This document shows positions 1-11,894 of a DNA stretch of 64,000 nt, piece by piece. The position numbers were made by a program, and so were the translations under genes. The stretch is from the NCBI GenBank assembly GCA_039795165.1, contig JBDKER010000003.1, forward strand, positions 105,220 to 169,219. Direction: 5' to 3'. Position 1 is the first letter of the stretch. The number at the start of each line of letters is the position of its first letter. The notes beneath the pieces are model-generated. The model did not search any database. It was not told where the DNA came from and saw only the letters and a list, made by a program, of their open reading frames with translations. The DNA is from Verrucomicrobiota bacterium. Lineage in GTDB: Bacteria; Verrucomicrobiota; Verrucomicrobiia; Verrucomicrobiales; V1-33.

Positions 1-142
1 CCGGCCAGGTCGTCCGGTCTTTCTTGGTGGTCCGAAGTGGCGGGGTGGGCGTCTGGTTTTCGTGGTGATGCAGCGGGCGGGTGGAAAGGAAGAATGACGG
101 AAGCACCGTTGCATTCACGGGAAGCATCGGCGACGTGAGGCC

Positions 143-1012
143 ATGATTTTCAGGCCGCGGGTGATTCTGACGGGCAGTTCCGGCCGAACCGGGCGGGCCC
201 TGCGGCGGCTGCGCTCGTCCGATTGGGACATCCGGCCGTACAGCCGGAGTCGGGAGGCAGGGAGTGGCATCGGAGCGCTGGAGGAACTACTTACGGGGAG
301 TGATGGGATGGAGGGGGAAGCGGTTGTGCATGCGGCGTGGAGCGTCGTACCGGCGACCGCGGAGCGGGCGGATGGTCCTGGGCCGGATCTGGCTCTGCTG
401 GGAAAGCTGCTGGAGCGTTGCCGTGGCGTTAAGGCTCCGCCGTTGTTTGTCTTTCTGTCGACTGGGGCGGTGTATGGGGAAGCCGGTGAGTGCGCGAGCC
501 GGGAGGCTGACCTGGCTGCTCCGAAGGGGCGTTATGCGGCGGGCAAGCTGGAGGCGGAGGAGATGATCCGTGCGTCAGGGTTGCCGCATGCGATATTGCG
601 GATCAGCAACCTGTACGGGATTCCGTCGCGGCCGGACGATCCGCAGGGGGTGATTGGGAAGCTGCTGTATCTGGCCCGTGAGGGCGGTATTTTCACGAGG
701 TGGGGGCCAGACAGCCGGAAGGACTATCTGCACGGGGCTGATTTTGCGGGAGCCCTTGATGCAGTGATCCGGCGGCGGCTGGAGGGCATTTGGAACCTTG
801 CTTCCGGCGAGGCCGTGTGGTTATCGGAACTGATCGGGATGGTGGAGGCTGCGACCGGGAAGCCGATCCGTGTGGAGGAAGCTGCGGGTGTGCCGTGGGA
901 TGTGAGGGACAACCGGATTGATGCGGGTGCATTCCGTGAGGCGACTGGCTGGGAGTCGAAATTCCGTCTCAAGGACTGGCTGGAGAGCGAGGTGGGGAGG
1001 GGATCAGTGTGA
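143..1012 (+). CDS. NAD-dependent epimerase/dehydratase family protein (extended SDR, dTDP-4-dehydrorhamnose reductase-like)
   Basis: 289-aa ORF starting at ATG 143. N-terminal Rossmann glycine motif ILTGSSGRTGRAL and a Y-x3-K catalytic pair in GRYAAGKLEAE. Confidence 0.7.
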   Translation: MIFRPRVILTGSSGRTGRALRRLRSSDWDIRPYSRSREAGSGIGALEELLTGSDGMEGEAVVHAAWSVVPATAERADGPGPDLALLGKLLERCRGVKAPPLFVFLSTGAVYGEAGECASREADLAAPKGRYAAGKLEAEEMIRASGLPHAILRISNLYGIPSRPDDPQGVIGKLLYLAREGGIFTRWGPDSRKDYLHGADFAGALDAVIRRRLEGIWNLASGEAVWLSELIGMVEAATGKPIRVEEAAGVPWDVRDNRIDAGAFREATGWESKFRLKDWLESEVGRGSV

Positions 1013-1933
1013 GCCCATGAGGAAGCGTTCGCAGTCGATGGCGGCCATGCAGCCCATGCCGGCTGCGGTGATGGCCTGGCGGTAGACTTTGTCGGCACAG
1101 TCGCCGGCGACGAAGACTCCGGGGACATTGGTGCGGCTGCCGTCTTTTGGTTTGATGTAGCCGCTTTCGTCCATGTCGATGGTGCCTGCGAACAGGGAGG
1201 TATTGGGGACGAGGCCGATGGCGATGAAGACTCCGGCGCAGTCGAGGGTGGATGCTTCGCCGGTGATGGTATCGGCGAGGCGGACGCCGGTGACCTCGTC
1301 TTTGCTGACGTCGAGGATTTCCGTCACGGTTTTATTCCATGACGGTTTGATTTTCGGGTGGGAGAGGACGCGTTCGGCCATGATTTTAGATGCGCGCAGG
1401 GAATCGCGGCGGTGGACTAGGTGGACGGTCGAGGCGAAGCGGGTGAGGTAGAGGGCTTCTTCGCAGGCGGAGTCGCCGCCGCCTATGACGACGAGGGGTT
1501 TATTGCGGAACATGGGGAGGGCACCGTCGCAGGTGGCGCAGTAGGTGACGCCTTTGTTTTCGAGAAGGTGTTCGCTTGGGATGCCGAGGTGGCGGTGGCC
1601 GGCTCCGGTGGCGATGATGATGGTCTGGGATTCGATGCGTTCGCCGTCGACGGTGATGGAGAAGGGACGGCGGGAGAGGTCGACTTGTTCGACGGTGGCG
1701 AGCGAGCGGATGCGGGCTCCGAAGCGTTCCGCCTGCTGCTGCATGTTGGTCATGAGCTGGAATCCGTCGATGCCTTCGATGAAGCCCGGGTAGTTTTCGA
1801 CGATGGTGGTCGTGGTGAGGAGGCCGCCCTGCATGCGGCCGGTGATGACGAGTGGGTTGAGGTTGGCGCGGGCGGTGTAGAGGGCGGCGGTGAGGCCGGC
1901 GCAGCCGGAGCCGATGATGATGACGTTTTCCAT
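1004..1933 (-). CDS. trxB: thioredoxin-disulfide reductase
   Basis: 309 aa. FAD motif IIIGSGCAGLTAALY, redox-active CATCDG, and a second dinucleotide motif VIGGGDSACEEA. Confidence 0.95.
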   Translation of the reverse strand: MENVIIIGSGCAGLTAALYTARANLNPLVITGRMQGGLLTTTTIVENYPGFIEGIDGFQLMTNMQQQAERFGARIRSLATVEQVDLSRRPFSITVDGERIESQTIIIATGAGHRHLGIPSEHLLENKGVTYCATCDGALPMFRNKPLVVIGGGDSACEEALYLTRFASTVHLVHRRDSLRASKIMAERVLSHPKIKPSWNKTVTEILDVSKDEVTGVRLADTITGEASTLDCAGVFIAIGLVPNTSLFAGTIDMDESGYIKPKDGSRTNVPGVFVAGDCADKVYRQAITAAGMGCMAAIDCERFLMGSH

Positions 1934-2025
1934 GGTGGTGGGAGCATGGGAAAGCGGGAGGCGGCATGCAAGATCGGATTGCGGGGCGGGGTTGTGGAAT
2001 TGCCGCAGGCGTGATATGGGGGCGG

Positions 2026-2925
2026 ATGAAGTTTCTGAGCTGCTGGTTGCTGCAGGTGCTTTTGGGGGCGGCGGGGTTGCTGGCGGCCGAGCCGCTGGTG
2101 CGGCTGGAGCGTTGTGTGGCGGTGCCAGTGCCGTGGGCTGATGGGGACAGTTTCCGGGTGCGGTCGTCTGAAGGCAGGGAATTTACGGTGCGGCTGTATG
2201 GTGCTGATTGTGTGGAGTGGCATGTGGGAGATGAGACTGATGCGCGGCGGCTGCGGGAGCAGCGGCAGTATTTCGGAATCGCGTCGCAGGGAGGGAGCGT
2301 GGAGACGTCGGTTGCATTGGCGAAGTCGTTCGGGCGGATGGCTGGGGAGCGCGTGGGGGTGCTGCTGTCGCGTCCGTTTACGGTGCACACGGCGTTTACG
2401 AAGGCGCTGGGGGATGGGCGGCATGAGCGGGTGTATGGATTTGTGACACTGGAGGACGGGAGGGATCTGGCGGCTGTGCTGGTGGCGGAGGGTTTGGCGC
2501 GGGCCTTTGGGGTGCATCGGGAGACACCGGCCGGGCAGAGTCAGGATGAGTACCGGGCGGGGCTGCGGGATCTGGAACTGCAGGCGGCGAAGCTGGGTCG
2601 CGGGGTGTGGAAGCACACGGACTGGGAGCGGCTGCCGGCGGAGCGGCGGAGTCAGCGGGCGGACGACGCGGAATTGTCGGTGGCGACGGGGAAGGCGACG
2701 GGGAAAGCTATCCGGGCCGTGGATCCGAATACCGCGGCGCGGGATGAGCTGATCCGGCTGCCGGGGATTGGGGAAGCGATGGCAAATCGGCTGATTGAGG
2801 GGCGGCCTTACCGGGTGGCGGAGGATCTGCTGAGGGTGCCGGGGATGGGGGAAAAGACGCTGGGGAAGATCAGGCCGCATCTGCGGTTTTCTCCGGGAAC
2901 AGGCGGAGGGCCAGCCAGCCCGTAA
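2026..2925 (+). CDS. secreted thermonuclease (SNase)-like protein with a C-terminal ComEA-type helix-hairpin-helix DNA-binding domain
   Basis: The internal ATG at 2026 gives the signal-like N-terminus MKFLSCWLLQVLLGAAGLLAAEP. SNase-like motifs WADGDSF..VRLYGADCVE..RVYGFV..LVAEGLARAF. C-terminal HhH pair LIRLPGIGEAMANRLIE and LLRVPGMGEKTLGKI. Confidence 0.6.
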   Translation: MKFLSCWLLQVLLGAAGLLAAEPLVRLERCVAVPVPWADGDSFRVRSSEGREFTVRLYGADCVEWHVGDETDARRLREQRQYFGIASQGGSVETSVALAKSFGRMAGERVGVLLSRPFTVHTAFTKALGDGRHERVYGFVTLEDGRDLAAVLVAEGLARAFGVHRETPAGQSQDEYRAGLRDLELQAAKLGRGVWKHTDWERLPAERRSQRADDAELSVATGKATGKAIRAVDPNTAARDELIRLPGIGEAMANRLIEGRPYRVAEDLLRVPGMGEKTLGKIRPHLRFSPGTGGGPASP

Positions 2926-3496
2926 GGGCTCCGGAGGCGAGGTCGGCGAGATGGTGCTGGTGGGTCAGGAGAGTGGCGGCGCAGCCGGCGGCAAGCCAGA
3001 CGGTGGCCCATGGTTTCCATGGCTGCGGCAGTCTGGCGAGGAAGACCGGGGCGATGATGATGGCTTCGCTGACGTGGAGAGAGGGAGCCTGGTTGTAGGG
3101 CAGGTCGAACGTGTGGAGGAGGGAGAAGAGTGGGGCGGTCCAGTCGTCCGGGATGGATCTGGGGAAGCCGCAGCGGCAGGGCCAGAGGAGGAAAATGGAG
3201 CAGGAGAGGAGGAGGGCGAAGGCGAGTCTGCGCAGCAGGGTATGGAGTTGCTGGTGGAGTTGGGTGGCGAGGGGGGCTGCTACGAGCAGGATATCGATGC
3301 TCCAGTAGGGGACGACGAAGGGGGTGAGTCGTGGGATCTGCAGTTCCCATGCGAAGGCGAGGCAGCGTGTGGTATTCCGCTGATGAGCGAGCCAGTTGGC
3401 GAGGTCGTAGAGCAGGAGGAAGCCGGCTGCGATGGCGAGGCAGGCCAGCAGTCGGGTGCGGAGAGGGAGTGGTCCTTGATCCGTTTCGGGGGGCAT
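2870..3496 (-). CDS. PAP2-superfamily integral membrane protein (phosphatase/phosphotransferase-like)
   Basis: The track ORF 2870..3868 has a P/S/A-rich non-protein-like N-terminus, so I take the internal ATG at 3496. Several hydrophobic helices. PAP2 C2-like PSLH and C3-like HQHHLADLASGALTG (H-x3-D-x3-G-x3-G). Confidence 0.55.
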   Translation of the reverse strand: MPPETDQGPLPLRTRLLACLAIAAGFLLLYDLANWLAHQRNTTRCLAFAWELQIPRLTPFVVPYWSIDILLVAAPLATQLHQQLHTLLRRLAFALLLSCSIFLLWPCRCGFPRSIPDDWTAPLFSLLHTFDLPYNQAPSLHVSEAIIIAPVFLARLPQPWKPWATVWLAAGCAATLLTHQHHLADLASGALTGWLALRLFPEKTADAA

Positions 3497-3585
3497 GGGA
3501 TGCGGTGGACTGAGGAAGGATGATGAGTTGGGTATGGGTAGTTGGTAGCGAAAGATTGGGGTTTGGGGGGCGTTGCAGGGGAACG

Positions 3586-6531
3586 ATGCTGTTCCGTGCT
3601 GCGATATTGGTGGTGTTTCCTGCTGTGCTGGCGGCGGAGGAAGCGGCTGTGGAGCGTTTTCGTGCCGAGGTGGAGCCGATTCTGCGGGACCGCTGTCTCG
3701 AGTGTCATTCGCATGCCGGGGGGAAGATGAAGGGAGGGCTGACGCTGGATGCGCGTTCCGGGTGGGAGCAGGGGGGAGACGGGGGGCCTGCGTTGGTGCC
3801 TGGAAAGCCCGATGAGAGCCTGCTGATGAGGATGGTGCGGTGGGAGGATGAGGATCATCAGATGCCACCGGACGGAAAGCTCCCTGAGGGGGAGATTGCG
3901 GTGCTGGAGCGGTGGGTGCGGGAGGGTGCGGTGGATCCGCGGGTGGCGGAGGTGGCTGGTGGAAAGGATGGCGGCTGGTGGTCGCTGCGTCCGCTGGTGG
4001 CTCCGGCGGTGCCGGGTGCCGGGCACCCGGTGGATGTGTTCATTGGGAAGGCCCTGGCGGAGCAGGGTCTGGAATTCTCCGGGGAGGCGGGGCGGACTGC
4101 GCTGGTGCGGCGGCTTCATTTTGCGCTGCATGGATTGCCGCCGCAGTTGGAGGATGTGTCGGCGTGGCCGGAGGATGCATCCGGGGGATGGGAGGGGCTG
4201 GTGGACCGGTTGCTGGCGTCGCCTCGGTATGGCGAGCGTTGGGCGCGGCACTGGTTCGACGTGATCCATTTTGCGGATTCGCATGGATTCGAGCACGACG
4301 TGAAGCGTGAGAATGCGTGGCGGTTCCGGGACTATGTGATTGGGGCCTTGAATGGCGACACTCCGTGGCCGCGGTTTGTGCGGGAGCAGCTGGCGGCGGA
4401 TGTATTTTATCCGGAGGAGAGTCAGCTGATGGCGGCGCTTGGGTTTCTTGGTGCGGGGACCTACGACATGAGTGCGGCGGGCACGGCTCTGATGAGTTTC
4501 GAGTACCTGGACCGGGACGATCTGGTTACGCAGACGATGAGTGCCTTTGCGAGCACGACGGCCAACTGTGCGCGGTGTCATGCGCATAAGTTTGATCCGG
4601 TCAGTCAGGAAGATTACTTTGCCCTGCAGGCGGTGTTTGCCGGGATTGGGAAAGGGGACATTGAGTACGATGCGGATGCGCAGGTGGCGGCGGAGCGGAA
4701 GCGGTGGACGGCTCTGCGGGAGGCGGTGGCGCGGAGGGATGCGGGTGTGCTGTTGGCTGCCGGGCAGGAGGAATTGGTGGCCTCATGGGAGGCGGCGCGG
4801 GGAGGCGGCGTGGCGGCGTGGACTGTGCTGCGGCCCGAGGTTTTCTGGGCGGGAGACGGGGTGGTGCTGCGGCGGCTTGGTGATGAGTCCCTCCTCGCGT
4901 CCGGGGCCTTGCCCGACAGGGATGTGACGGTGGTGACGGCTGCGTCTGGGCTCAGGGAAGTCAGCGGATTCCGGCTGGATCTGCTGCCGGATGAGTCGCT
5001 TCCTGCGCAGGGCCCGGGTCGGCCAGCCAATGGGAATGTGCATTTGAGCGAGTTCGAGGTACGGTTGTTCCGGGCGGGAGCGGCGGAGCCTGAGCGGCTG
5101 GCATTGGCCGAAGCGTTTTCCGGGTTTTCGCAGGACTCGTTTGGAATAGCCGGCAGCATCGATGGGAAGGCGGAGACGTCGTGGGCGATTCATCCGCGTG
5201 AGGGGCAGCCGCATGCGGCTGTCTTTGTGCTGAGCCGACCGGTGGTGGTGGAACCGGGGGATCGGCTGCAGTTCACGTTGCGGCAACTGCAGGGCGGTGC
5301 GCATCTGCTGGGGCGGTGGAAGCTTTCGGTGGCTGGGGGGCCCAGAGAGTCGCTGACGCTGCTGCCCGACGGCGTGGTGGCGGCGCTGGCGGTGCCGCGT
5401 GGGCAGCGGAGCGAGGCGCAGCGGTTGGAGATTGCGGCTCATGTGCTTGGGGAATGGGTGGCGGTGCGCCTTGCGGGGTTGCCGGCTCCGGTGACGGTAT
5501 GGGCGGCGGGCCGGGCCGCACGGAACGAGCGGGGGTTGATCACGTATGCGGAGCCTAGGGAAATCCGGTTGCTGCGGCGGGGGGAGTTGGACAAGCCGGG
5601 GGCGGTGGTGAAACCGGGAGCGCTGTCGGCAGTGCCGGGGTTGCCGGGGCGGTTTCCGCTGGCGGACGGGGCACCTGAGGGATTGCGGCGGGCGGCGCTG
5701 GCCGACTGGCTGGTGGATCCGGGGAATCCACTGAGCTGGCGGAGCATAGTGAACCGGGTGTGGCATTATCATTTCGGGCGCGGGCTCTGTGACACGCCGG
5801 GTGATTTCGGGCGGATGGGGGGCGAGCCATCCCATCCGGAGCTGCTTGACTGGCTGGCGGTGTGGTTCCGGGATGAAGCGAAGGGGTCGTTGAAGGCCCT
5901 GCATCGGCTCATTGTAACCAGCCGGACGTGGAAGCAGGCGTCGCTGGAGCGATCGCGTGGGCTTGCGGTCGATCCGGAGAATCGGTTGCTGTGGCGGATG
6001 AACCGTCAGCGGCTGGATGCGGATGCATACCGCGATGCCGTGCTGGTGGTGAGTAATCGTCTGGATCCCGCGGTGGGTGGGCCGGGAATTGAGCATTTTG
6101 CGAAGAGTCCGGGGCCGCAGTCGACTCCGAAGCTGGATTACACGGCCTATGACTGGACGGCGCCCGGGGCGGGGAGGCGGAGCATTTACCGGGTGGTGTG
6201 GCGGGGCATGGCGGATCCATTCATGGAGGCGCTGGATTTTCCCGAGCTGGGATTGACGGCGCCGGTGCGGGGATTTTCGGCATCGCCACTGCAGTCGCTG
6301 GCGCTTTTGAACAATGAATTTGTGCTGCGGCACAGCGAGGCGCTGGGGCAGCGTGCAGAGACGGGCGGGTTGACGGCTGTGGAGCGGGTCCGGGCGATGT
6401 TCCGGCTGGCGCTCCTGCGGGAGCCGGATGCGGCTGAGTTGGAGGCCATGACGGGGCTGGGGGAGCGCCATGGGCTGGCTGCGGCGGCGAGGGTGCTCTT
6501 CAACGCGAGCGAATTTCAGTTCCTCGACTGA
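3586..6531 (+). CDS. PSCyt (planctomycete cytochrome c) / DUF1549 / DUF1553 domain protein
   Basis: The internal ATG at 3586 gives the signal peptide MLFRAAILVVFPAVLAAEEA. N-terminal haem motif CLECHSH. A second motif CARCHAHKFDP is typical of DUF1549, and the long C-terminal region is DUF1553-like (WHYHFGRGL..DFG). Confidence 0.85.
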   Translation: MLFRAAILVVFPAVLAAEEAAVERFRAEVEPILRDRCLECHSHAGGKMKGGLTLDARSGWEQGGDGGPALVPGKPDESLLMRMVRWEDEDHQMPPDGKLPEGEIAVLERWVREGAVDPRVAEVAGGKDGGWWSLRPLVAPAVPGAGHPVDVFIGKALAEQGLEFSGEAGRTALVRRLHFALHGLPPQLEDVSAWPEDASGGWEGLVDRLLASPRYGERWARHWFDVIHFADSHGFEHDVKRENAWRFRDYVIGALNGDTPWPRFVREQLAADVFYPEESQLMAALGFLGAGTYDMSAAGTALMSFEYLDRDDLVTQTMSAFASTTANCARCHAHKFDPVSQEDYFALQAVFAGIGKGDIEYDADAQVAAERKRWTALREAVARRDAGVLLAAGQEELVASWEAARGGGVAAWTVLRPEVFWAGDGVVLRRLGDESLLASGALPDRDVTVVTAASGLREVSGFRLDLLPDESLPAQGPGRPANGNVHLSEFEVRLFRAGAAEPERLALAEAFSGFSQDSFGIAGSIDGKAETSWAIHPREGQPHAAVFVLSRPVVVEPGDRLQFTLRQLQGGAHLLGRWKLSVAGGPRESLTLLPDGVVAALAVPRGQRSEAQRLEIAAHVLGEWVAVRLAGLPAPVTVWAAGRAARNERGLITYAEPREIRLLRRGELDKPGAVVKPGALSAVPGLPGRFPLADGAPEGLRRAALADWLVDPGNPLSWRSIVNRVWHYHFGRGLCDTPGDFGRMGGEPSHPELLDWLAVWFRDEAKGSLKALHRLIVTSRTWKQASLERSRGLAVDPENRLLWRMNRQRLDADAYRDAVLVVSNRLDPAVGGPGIEHFAKSPGPQSTPKLDYTAYDWTAPGAGRRSIYRVVWRGMADPFMEALDFPELGLTAPVRGFSASPLQSLALLNNEFVLRHSEALGQRAETGGLTAVERVRAMFRLALLREPDAAELEAMTGLGERHGLAAAARVLFNASEFQFLD

Positions 6532-6596
6532 GAGCGAGTCTCCGCGTGGAATGAGACATCGGGAGCTGTGCCTGATCTGGGTGCGTGGGGGCAGCG

Positions 6597-6670
6597 TGGC
6601 TACCCCGCAAGGATTCGAACCTTGAATAACGGAACCAAAATCCGCTGTGTTACCATTACACCACGGGGCA
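6597..6670 (-). tRNA. tRNA-Gln (anticodon UUG), CCA encoded
   Basis: I folded this 74-nt cloverleaf by hand. It has a 7-bp acceptor stem with U1:A72, D stem GTGT/ACAC, anticodon loop TTTTGGT, T arm CAAGG-TTCGAAT-CCTTG, discriminator G and CCA. Confidence 0.9.
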
Positions 6671-6845
6671 CCAGACCGGCGAACCGGAGGGAAGTGCATA
6701 GGCGGCAGCGTGAGGGATGCAAGGGGCGGCTGAGGATTTTTTGGCGGAGGCTGTCATTTGGCTGAAAAGCCATGGATGGGCACGCCGCGGCATGTTGCAG
6801 GGTCCGGCTGCGTGCCCGGATTCCCGCACGTGGCCGTGGCAAGGG

Positions 6846-9167
<2,322 letters not shown>

Positions 9168-9255
9168 GGGGGGGCGACTGGTCGGGTGCTGGAGAGGTGA
9201 AAGCGGCGTTTAGACGTTCCCTCCGGCGGATGCAAATGGTGCCCTGCGGATCCTT

Positions 9256-9295
9256 GAAAAGAAAAACCGGGCACCATGTCTTGACAGGTGGCCGG
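9256..9295 (-). terminator. putative intrinsic terminator downstream of the response regulator gene
   Basis: On the minus strand, CCGGCCACC-11 nt loop-GGTGCCCGG (one C.C mismatch) is followed by TTTTTCTTTTC. Confidence 0.45.
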
Positions 9296-9337
9296 TGTGG
9301 CGGGGCGGTGGTATGAGTGTCCGTGTGGTCTCTGGTG

Positions 9338-9997
9338 CTACGAGGATTTCTGGTTCTGGTTTTCGACCCAGCGGACGGCGTAGCGGACGAGTTCCGTGCC
9401 TGACTTCAGGTGGAGTTTGTCTTTGATGTTGGCGCGGTGGGCGTCGACGGTTTTGACGCTGACCTTGAGGTCCGAGGCGATGGCGCGGGTGCCTTTGCCC
9501 TGGCCGATCATCTGGAAGATTTCGAATTGGCGGTCGCTGAGGGCTTCGACGGGGTCCTGGGTGGTGGGGCGTCGGCCCGAGAAGATTTCGAGGATTTTGC
9601 CGGACATGGCCGGGCTGACGTAGATGTCGCCCTGGAGGACCTTGCGGACGGCTTCGAGGACGCGGCGGGCTCCTTCCTGCTTCATGATGTAGCCCTGGGC
9701 TCCGGCGCGGAGGACGCGTTCCACGTAGAGGCTTTCGTCGTGCATGGAGTGGACGAGGAGGGCAGCCTGTTTGTTGTGGGCGCGGACGTCCTTGATGAGT
9801 TCGAGGCCGTTTTTGCCGGGGAGGGAGATATCGATGATGACGAGGTCTGGGCGGAGTCCGATGATTTCCGTGAGGGCGCAGGCGGCGTCGTGGGCTTCAC
9901 CGGCGACTTCGAGGTCCGGCTCATGGTTGATGAGCTGGGCGAGGCCCTGACGCATGATCGGGTGGTCGTCGACCAGGTAGACGCGTTTCTTGATCAT
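9338..9997 (-). CDS. NarL/FixJ (LuxR-type HTH) family response regulator
   Basis: The internal ATG at 9997 gives MIKKRVYLVDDHP. Receiver domain with DLVIIDISLPG and a C-terminal LuxR HTH (LSDRQFEIFQMIGQGKGTRAIASDLKVSVKTVDAHR). Confidence 0.9.
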   Translation of the reverse strand: MIKKRVYLVDDHPIMRQGLAQLINHEPDLEVAGEAHDAACALTEIIGLRPDLVIIDISLPGKNGLELIKDVRAHNKQAALLVHSMHDESLYVERVLRAGAQGYIMKQEGARRVLEAVRKVLQGDIYVSPAMSGKILEIFSGRRPTTQDPVEALSDRQFEIFQMIGQGKGTRAIASDLKVSVKTVDAHRANIKDKLHLKSGTELVRYAVRWVENQNQKSS

Positions 9998-10107
9998 GAC
10001 AGGCCGGCGCGGTGGTGGAATTTCCACGGGATACTATCGGAAGCAGGCGAGCCTTGCAAGGTTCCTGGAGAATCCCTGTGGGAAAAATAGGGGGAAGGAG
10101 GATGGGG

Positions 10108-11781
10108 TCAGATGGTACCGAGCGTACATTGAACCGAGAGACCGGAGGAGGGGAGTCTGGTGAAGGAGAGTCGCCCCCCTATGATTCCGGCGCGGTACTG
10201 CATGACGCGGAGGCCCATGCCTGTGCTGGCGGGGGTGGAGCCGGGGAATCCGGAACCATTGTCGTCGATGGCGAGGGTGGTCTGACCGTCGCTGTGGGTG
10301 AGGCGGATACTGATTTCGGTGGCTTTCCCGTGTTTGACGGCATTGGAGACGGCTTCCTGGGCGATGCGGTATAGGTGGATGGCGGTGTCCTTGGGGATGG
10401 GGGGAGGCGATGGAGGAGTGGAGCAGTGGCAATGGACGCCGCGGAGGTGGCGGGAAGTGCTTTCGGCGAGGTCGGCGAGGGCGACGGCGAGGCCTTTTGA
10501 CTGGAGGACGACCGGGGAGAGGCCACGGGCGAGATCGCGGGTCTGGGCGATGGCTTCGCGGATGAGGCGGGTGATTTCCTCCATTTCGGCGGCCTCCGGG
10601 GCATGGCGGCTGCTGAGGCGGCTCTGGAGGACATGGCTCATGAATTCGATGCCGGTGAGGTGCTGGCCGAGGCCGTCGTGGAGGTCGTGTCCGATGCGGC
10701 TTTGTTCTTCTTCGGCGACATTGAGGACATCGGCTTCGAGGCGTTTTGTTTCGGTGATGTCGATGCCGCTGAGGATGACGTAGGCAACGCGTCCGTCGGC
10801 ACCCTGCATGGACGTGGTGGACCATGAGATGACGCGGCGGTCGCCTGAGGGGCTGAGGATGGAGCCTTCGTGGGCACTGGGAGGGGCTCCTGCGGCGATG
10901 CGGCTGAAGCTTCTGCGGGCGGCGGAGCGTTCGTCTCTGGGAAGGAAGAGGTCCCACGGGCAGGAACCGATGGTGGCATCGGCGGAGAGGCCGGTGGTGG
11001 TTTCGGCGGCGGGGTTGAAGCGGACGATGCGTCCGTCGGGGTCGAGGACGATGATGAGGGCACCGGCTCCGTTGAGGAGGGCGTGATTGAAGGCATTTTC
11101 CTGGCGGAGAGCGTCTTCGGTGCGTCGGCGTTCGAGGGCGTCGGCGATGATGGCGGCGACGATTTTCAGGAGGGAGATGGCGTCTTCCGTCCACTGCATG
11201 GCGAGGCGGACCGAATCGAGTCCGATGAAGCCGATGAGTTCGCCGCCGACGGCCATGGGGACGAAGATGACGGATTTGATGCCCTGGGAACGGAAGGTCT
11301 GCTGATCCGTGGCGGCTTCTGGTCCGAGGGTATCGACGGAATATACGGCGATGCCGTCGAGGCGGCGGAGGCGCTGAGCAGCCCATGGGATGTAGTCATC
11401 GATGGCGAGACCGGTGTGGCCGTGCCATGCGGGGGTGGAGCCGCTGGCGGACCAGTGGTGGGTGTGGTCCATGAGTTGGGAATGACTGTGCACGCGGCAG
11501 ACGTGGCAGTGGTCGACGCCGATGAATTCGCCCATCTGGCGGAGGGCTTCGGCGATGCCGGAGTCGAGGTCCTCGCTGCGGAGGCGGACGAAGAGACTGG
11601 AGATGCGGGAGACGAGGGCTTCGAATTCGACGCGCTGCTGGAGGGCGTTTTCCGTGCGGCGGATCTTGCGTGTGACGGGCCCCATGGAGGAAGAGGCGGC
11701 CTCGTCGACGAGTGGGCGGCCTGGGAGGACCTGATGGACCGTGAGTTCTTCCTGATCGTCTGATCGTTCAGCGGGGGTCAT
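10108..11781 (-). CDS. cytoplasmic GAF/PAS sensor histidine kinase (HisKA_3/NarX type)
   Basis: 557 aa with no obvious TM segment. A GAF-like region is followed by PAS, then the H-box IGHDLHDGLGQHL and the ATPase motifs DDNGSGF and GMGLRVM. It lies directly upstream of its NarL-type partner. Confidence 0.85.
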   Translation of the reverse strand: MTPAERSDDQEELTVHQVLPGRPLVDEAASSSMGPVTRKIRRTENALQQRVEFEALVSRISSLFVRLRSEDLDSGIAEALRQMGEFIGVDHCHVCRVHSHSQLMDHTHHWSASGSTPAWHGHTGLAIDDYIPWAAQRLRRLDGIAVYSVDTLGPEAATDQQTFRSQGIKSVIFVPMAVGGELIGFIGLDSVRLAMQWTEDAISLLKIVAAIIADALERRRTEDALRQENAFNHALLNGAGALIIVLDPDGRIVRFNPAAETTTGLSADATIGSCPWDLFLPRDERSAARRSFSRIAAGAPPSAHEGSILSPSGDRRVISWSTTSMQGADGRVAYVILSGIDITETKRLEADVLNVAEEEQSRIGHDLHDGLGQHLTGIEFMSHVLQSRLSSRHAPEAAEMEEITRLIREAIAQTRDLARGLSPVVLQSKGLAVALADLAESTSRHLRGVHCHCSTPPSPPPIPKDTAIHLYRIAQEAVSNAVKHGKATEISIRLTHSDGQTTLAIDDNGSGFPGSTPASTGMGLRVMQYRAGIIGGRLSFTRLPSSGLSVQCTLGTI

Positions 11782-11894
11782 GGGATGCGGAACTTTGCGG
11801 GAAAGCGATATGAGGCAAGCGGGGTGGTGGCTTGCAGAGCGGTCTTCAGGTGGAAAACGGTGGCTTTTGGCGATGACGAGGGTAACCGGATCAT

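Noticed and set aside
2870-2925. A 56-nt convergent overlap between the SNase/ComEA gene and the PAP2-like gene. A similar 48-nt overlap lies at 41281-41328 and a 9-nt one at 1004-1012.
   Set aside because: The overlaps involve only the non-conserved C-terminal tails. In a GC-rich genome stop codons are sparse, so tails often run on. There is no evidence of a functional antisense arrangement.
6532-6845. The tRNA-Gln flanks as a possible integration site for a genomic island.
   Set aside because: There is no integrase, transposase or phage gene on either side. I did not spot a duplicated tRNA 3-prime segment. The neighbours (a PSCyt/DUF1553 protein and tex) look like core genes.
9238-9279. 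A 9-bp inverted repeat ATGGTGCCC...GGGCACCAT with a 24-nt loop between the response regulator gene and tex.
   Set aside because: The loop is too large for a convincing terminator or operator. A better minus-strand hairpin with a T tract partly overlaps it and is reported as the terminator instead.
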